From Planctomycetota bacterium (GTDB lineage: Bacteria; Planctomycetota; UBA11346), in assembly GCA_038213805.1 (NCBI GenBank), contig JBBQSO010000106.1, positions 1-16,453 on the forward strand: a stretch of DNA of 16,453 bases. The letters run 5' to 3'. Positions 14,561 to 16,453 of this stretch are shown one piece after another. A program made the translations under genes and the position numbers. How positions within the stretch are numbered: the stretch's first letter is position 1; each line of letters starts with the position of its first letter. Under the pieces are notes generated by a model. It did not search any database. It was not told the origin of the DNA and worked only from the letters and a program-made list of their open reading frames with translations.

Positions 14561-15385
14561 ATGACGTTCCAGTCCATACCCCTTTCTCTGCTCACACTCC
14601 TCGCAGGACTTTGCTGCTCGGCTCAAGGAGCCGACAACCAGAACAATAATTCGCAGCTCGGAAACACCGATAACGCCGGCAGTTCGAATAACGGATCGCT
14701 GAATTTATTCGATCGCGGCGGCCCGGTCGGATACTGGGCATTCGACGAGGGCAAGGGTTCCGTAGCCCATGACTCGAGTGGCAATGGCTACGACGGGACC
14801 ATCGTCGGCGCATTATTCACCCCTGGCGTGATCGGCACTGCGCTCGAGATGGGCCAGGACCGCTATGTCATGATCGGACGCGAGAAGGAACTCGCTCTCT
14901 CCGATACTATCACCATCGCGGCGTGGGTGCGGGCTGGCGACGCAGGCGAGACCTCCTTTATGCGCATCCTCTCCAAAAAAGCGGACTTTCCCACTCGCGA
15001 TGGGTACGAGATGGAGTACAATTTCCGTACGGGGGAACTTGATGTCATCGGCAGCGGCGACCTCATTTGCCGCGCCTCCGGCGTCCATCTGGATGGCAAC
15101 TGGCATCATCTCACGGGAGTGATCGACAAGGACAGGGGCCATCTCTACGTGGATGGCATCGAGCGTCCAAGCACCGGACTGGTCGGTAAGCCCAAAAAAG
15201 ACAAGACCACCCCGGTGGTCATCGGACGACTCGCCGGCAAGCCATTCGCTTTTTTCTACCGCACGCTGGATGAAGTGCGGCTCTATGACTATGCCCTGAC
15301 GCCCGCCGAAGTTGCGGCGCTGGTGCTGCTCAAGTCGCCACTTTCGGGTGGCGGCCTTCTGGGCCTTCCCAATGGGAATGGATGA
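14561..15385 (+). CDS. Secreted LamG/concanavalin-A-like lectin-domain protein (274 aa)
   Basis: Start re-called at ATG 14561 (GGAGA at 14550-14554). Signal peptide MTFQSIPLSLLTLLAGLCCSAQG|AD; Asn-rich linker; motifs VGYWAFDEG..DSSGNG..TIAAWV..WHHL..LYVDG..LDEVRLYDYALTPAEV. Confidence 0.9.
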   Translation: MTFQSIPLSLLTLLAGLCCSAQGADNQNNNSQLGNTDNAGSSNNGSLNLFDRGGPVGYWAFDEGKGSVAHDSSGNGYDGTIVGALFTPGVIGTALEMGQDRYVMIGREKELALSDTITIAAWVRAGDAGETSFMRILSKKADFPTRDGYEMEYNFRTGELDVIGSGDLICRASGVHLDGNWHHLTGVIDKDRGHLYVDGIERPSTGLVGKPKKDKTTPVVIGRLAGKPFAFFYRTLDEVRLYDYALTPAEVAALVLLKSPLSGGGLLGLPNGNG

Positions 15386-15392
15386 TTCTCCG

Positions 15393-15793
15393 CTAGCCGG
15401 TTCCGGGCGGTGACCGCGGTCTGGTGACCGCGTTCTGTAGGAAGGTGGCATTGTCGCGTGGCCTCACGCGACGCGCGACGCCACCCCTAAGGAGGATCTC
15501 GATCAACCTGATCCTGGCGGCGATCGGCACAGCCGCCTGCTCGGACTGTGCCGGAGTGCACATCGGCAACTGGATGAGGTAAGTGGTGGGCGTGGCTGAG
15601 GCTGGTGATTGCAGCCTGAGCACGTCCAATCGCTTCGCCCAATAGAGTGCAACGGATTGGCGCAGATCTGGCGTTCGCGGGCGAAGGCGCCCCGGGATAG
15701 GCCCGATCGCTGCCAGGCTTCGATGAGGGTACGGCCTCATACGGCGGGGTTGAGTATTAGGGCGCGCATCATGCTGGTCGGATGGGTCTGCAT
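15393..15793 (-). pseudogene. tnpA: IS66-family accessory protein TnpA (ORF1) pseudogene
   Basis: Frame A from ATG 15793: MQTHPTSMMRALILNPAV*GRTLIEAWQRSGLSRGAFARERQICANPLH (TGA at 15737-15739). After a frameshift near 15645, frame B reads YWAKRL..LIQLP..LIEILLRGGVARRV..FLQNAV. The joined sequence fits the IS66 TnpA pattern W-x2-SGLS-x2-AF..YW-x-KRL..IEI-x-L-x2-G. Confidence 0.7.
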
Positions 15794-15884
15794 GAGGCTG
15801 CCTAAGAGCGCGATTTTATCGATGTGGATTTCGGTCCTCTCGTACACGTGCCTGAACGGACACGGTGTGGGCGTGCGTCCCGGT

Positions 15885-15917
15885 AAACAAAAACCCCACG
15901 GTCTGCACCGTGGGGTT
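15885..15917 (-). terminator. Rho-independent terminator
   Basis: On the minus strand, AACCCCACGGT-GCAG-ACCGTGGGGTT (perfect 11-bp stem, 15892-15917) followed by TTTGTTT. Downstream of the minus-strand oxidoreductase gene. Confidence 0.85.
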
Positions 15918-16086
15918 CGTCTGATTATGAGTCAGGAGACGCGCACACCCCGATCTACTTCAGGGAATGCGCCAAGAGGTTCTGGCGCACGGCGCCGGCT
16001 CGTCCCCTCAGCGGCACAGGGTTTTCCTGATCCAACGTACCCCGGGGAAGGTCACGTCCCTCGCTCCCCGGTGCGTGCGCTGGTCG

Positions 16087-16453
16087 TTACAACGAGCCCA
16101 GGAATGCCATCAGTGCTTGCACGTCGTTGTCCTTGAGGCCATCAAATGCGGCGATCACCGCCGCGGCCTCGCCGCCGTGCGCCTCGATGGCCTGGCGGAG
16201 GGTGGTCATGCTCTGATCGTGGAGGAAGCCGACGCGGAAGCGCAGGCCCCACAGCGGCGGGGTCTTCACTTCGAAAGCGCCCGCGCCCGACTGCGCCACG
16301 CTGTTGCCCGTGCCGACGTCATGCAGCAGCAGATCGGAATAGAGATTCACCGGCTGGTTGGACAGGTAGGGATACTGGCTCACCCCGGTCCGCATGGTCG
16401 GAACATGGCAAATGGCGCACCCGGTGGTGGCGAAGACCTTCTCGCCCTTCTGG
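16087..16453 (-). CDS. Di-heme oxidoreductase (DHOR / thiol-oxidoreductase-like) family protein, C-terminal part; 5' end outside the window
   Basis: Frame extends to the window edge: QKGEKVFATTGCAICHVP (CxxCH at 16405-16419), YSDLLLHDVG, KTPPLWG, FLHD, AIEAHGGEA, LMAFLGSL*. Confidence 0.9.
   Translation of the reverse strand, partial: QKGEKVFATTGCAICHVPTMRTGVSQYPYLSNQPVNLYSDLLLHDVGTGNSVAQSGAGAFEVKTPPLWGLRFRVGFLHDQSMTTLRQAIEAHGGEAAAVIAAFDGLKDNDVQALMAFLGSL

Larger units (their letters stand above)
14281..15863 (-). mobile_element. Possible decayed IS66-family element or derivative bounded by degenerate terminal inverted repeats
   Basis: 14281-14303 GTCAGCGTTCAACCGCGAGTACG matches the reverse complement of 15841-15863, GTGTCCGTTCAGGCACGTGTACG, at 16/23 positions. 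A tnpA-like pseudogene starts 70 bp inside the right boundary and GC is lower inside. No clean 8-bp target duplication. Confidence 0.4.

Noticed and set aside
15918..16086. tRNA, tmRNA, 6S or SRP RNA, or an att site before the terminator
   Set aside because: No T-loop/CCA end, SRP core motif or convincing 6S features; kept only as an unassigned structured region.
15609..16136. 175-aa plus-strand ORF
   Set aside because: Crosses the IS relic, the terminator and the end of the oxidoreductase gene; no motifs.
1..16453. CRISPR array or rRNA/tRNA genes
   Set aside because: No regularly spaced repeats or RNA gene signatures seen.

Overview
GC-rich bacterial window. Hanks-type kinases with a 'GLLTxxQ' N-terminus, LamG domains and a di-heme oxidoreductase suggest a Planctomycetota/PVC-like host (inference). 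From left to right it holds: (1) a secreted clan GH-A glycoside hydrolase on the minus strand, running off the left edge and absent from the ORF track; (2) two tandem Ser/Thr kinases, one with a TM helix plus LamG sensor and one with a degenerate MshEN-like N-terminus; (3) a minus-strand cluster: ArnA/UXS-like NDP-sugar enzyme, processive GT2 synthase, pseudo-REC/TackOD1-like Zn-finger/degenerate GGDEF protein with an intact RxxD I-site, lipoprotein TolC fused to a propeller-like domain and a GH-like TIM barrel, and an HlyD-type adaptor, with no ABC/RND pump; (4) a lower-GC segment with a secreted LamG protein and a decayed IS66 tnpA, apparently bounded by degenerate IS66-like inverted repeats; (5) a terminator and the 3' end of a di-heme oxidoreductase. 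The best candidate for an undescribed system is (3): a c-di-GMP-gated, synthase-dependent exopolysaccharide machine that may export through a dedicated HlyD-TolC conduit carrying its own glycan-processing domain. All family assignments are from motif reading by eye, not database searches.
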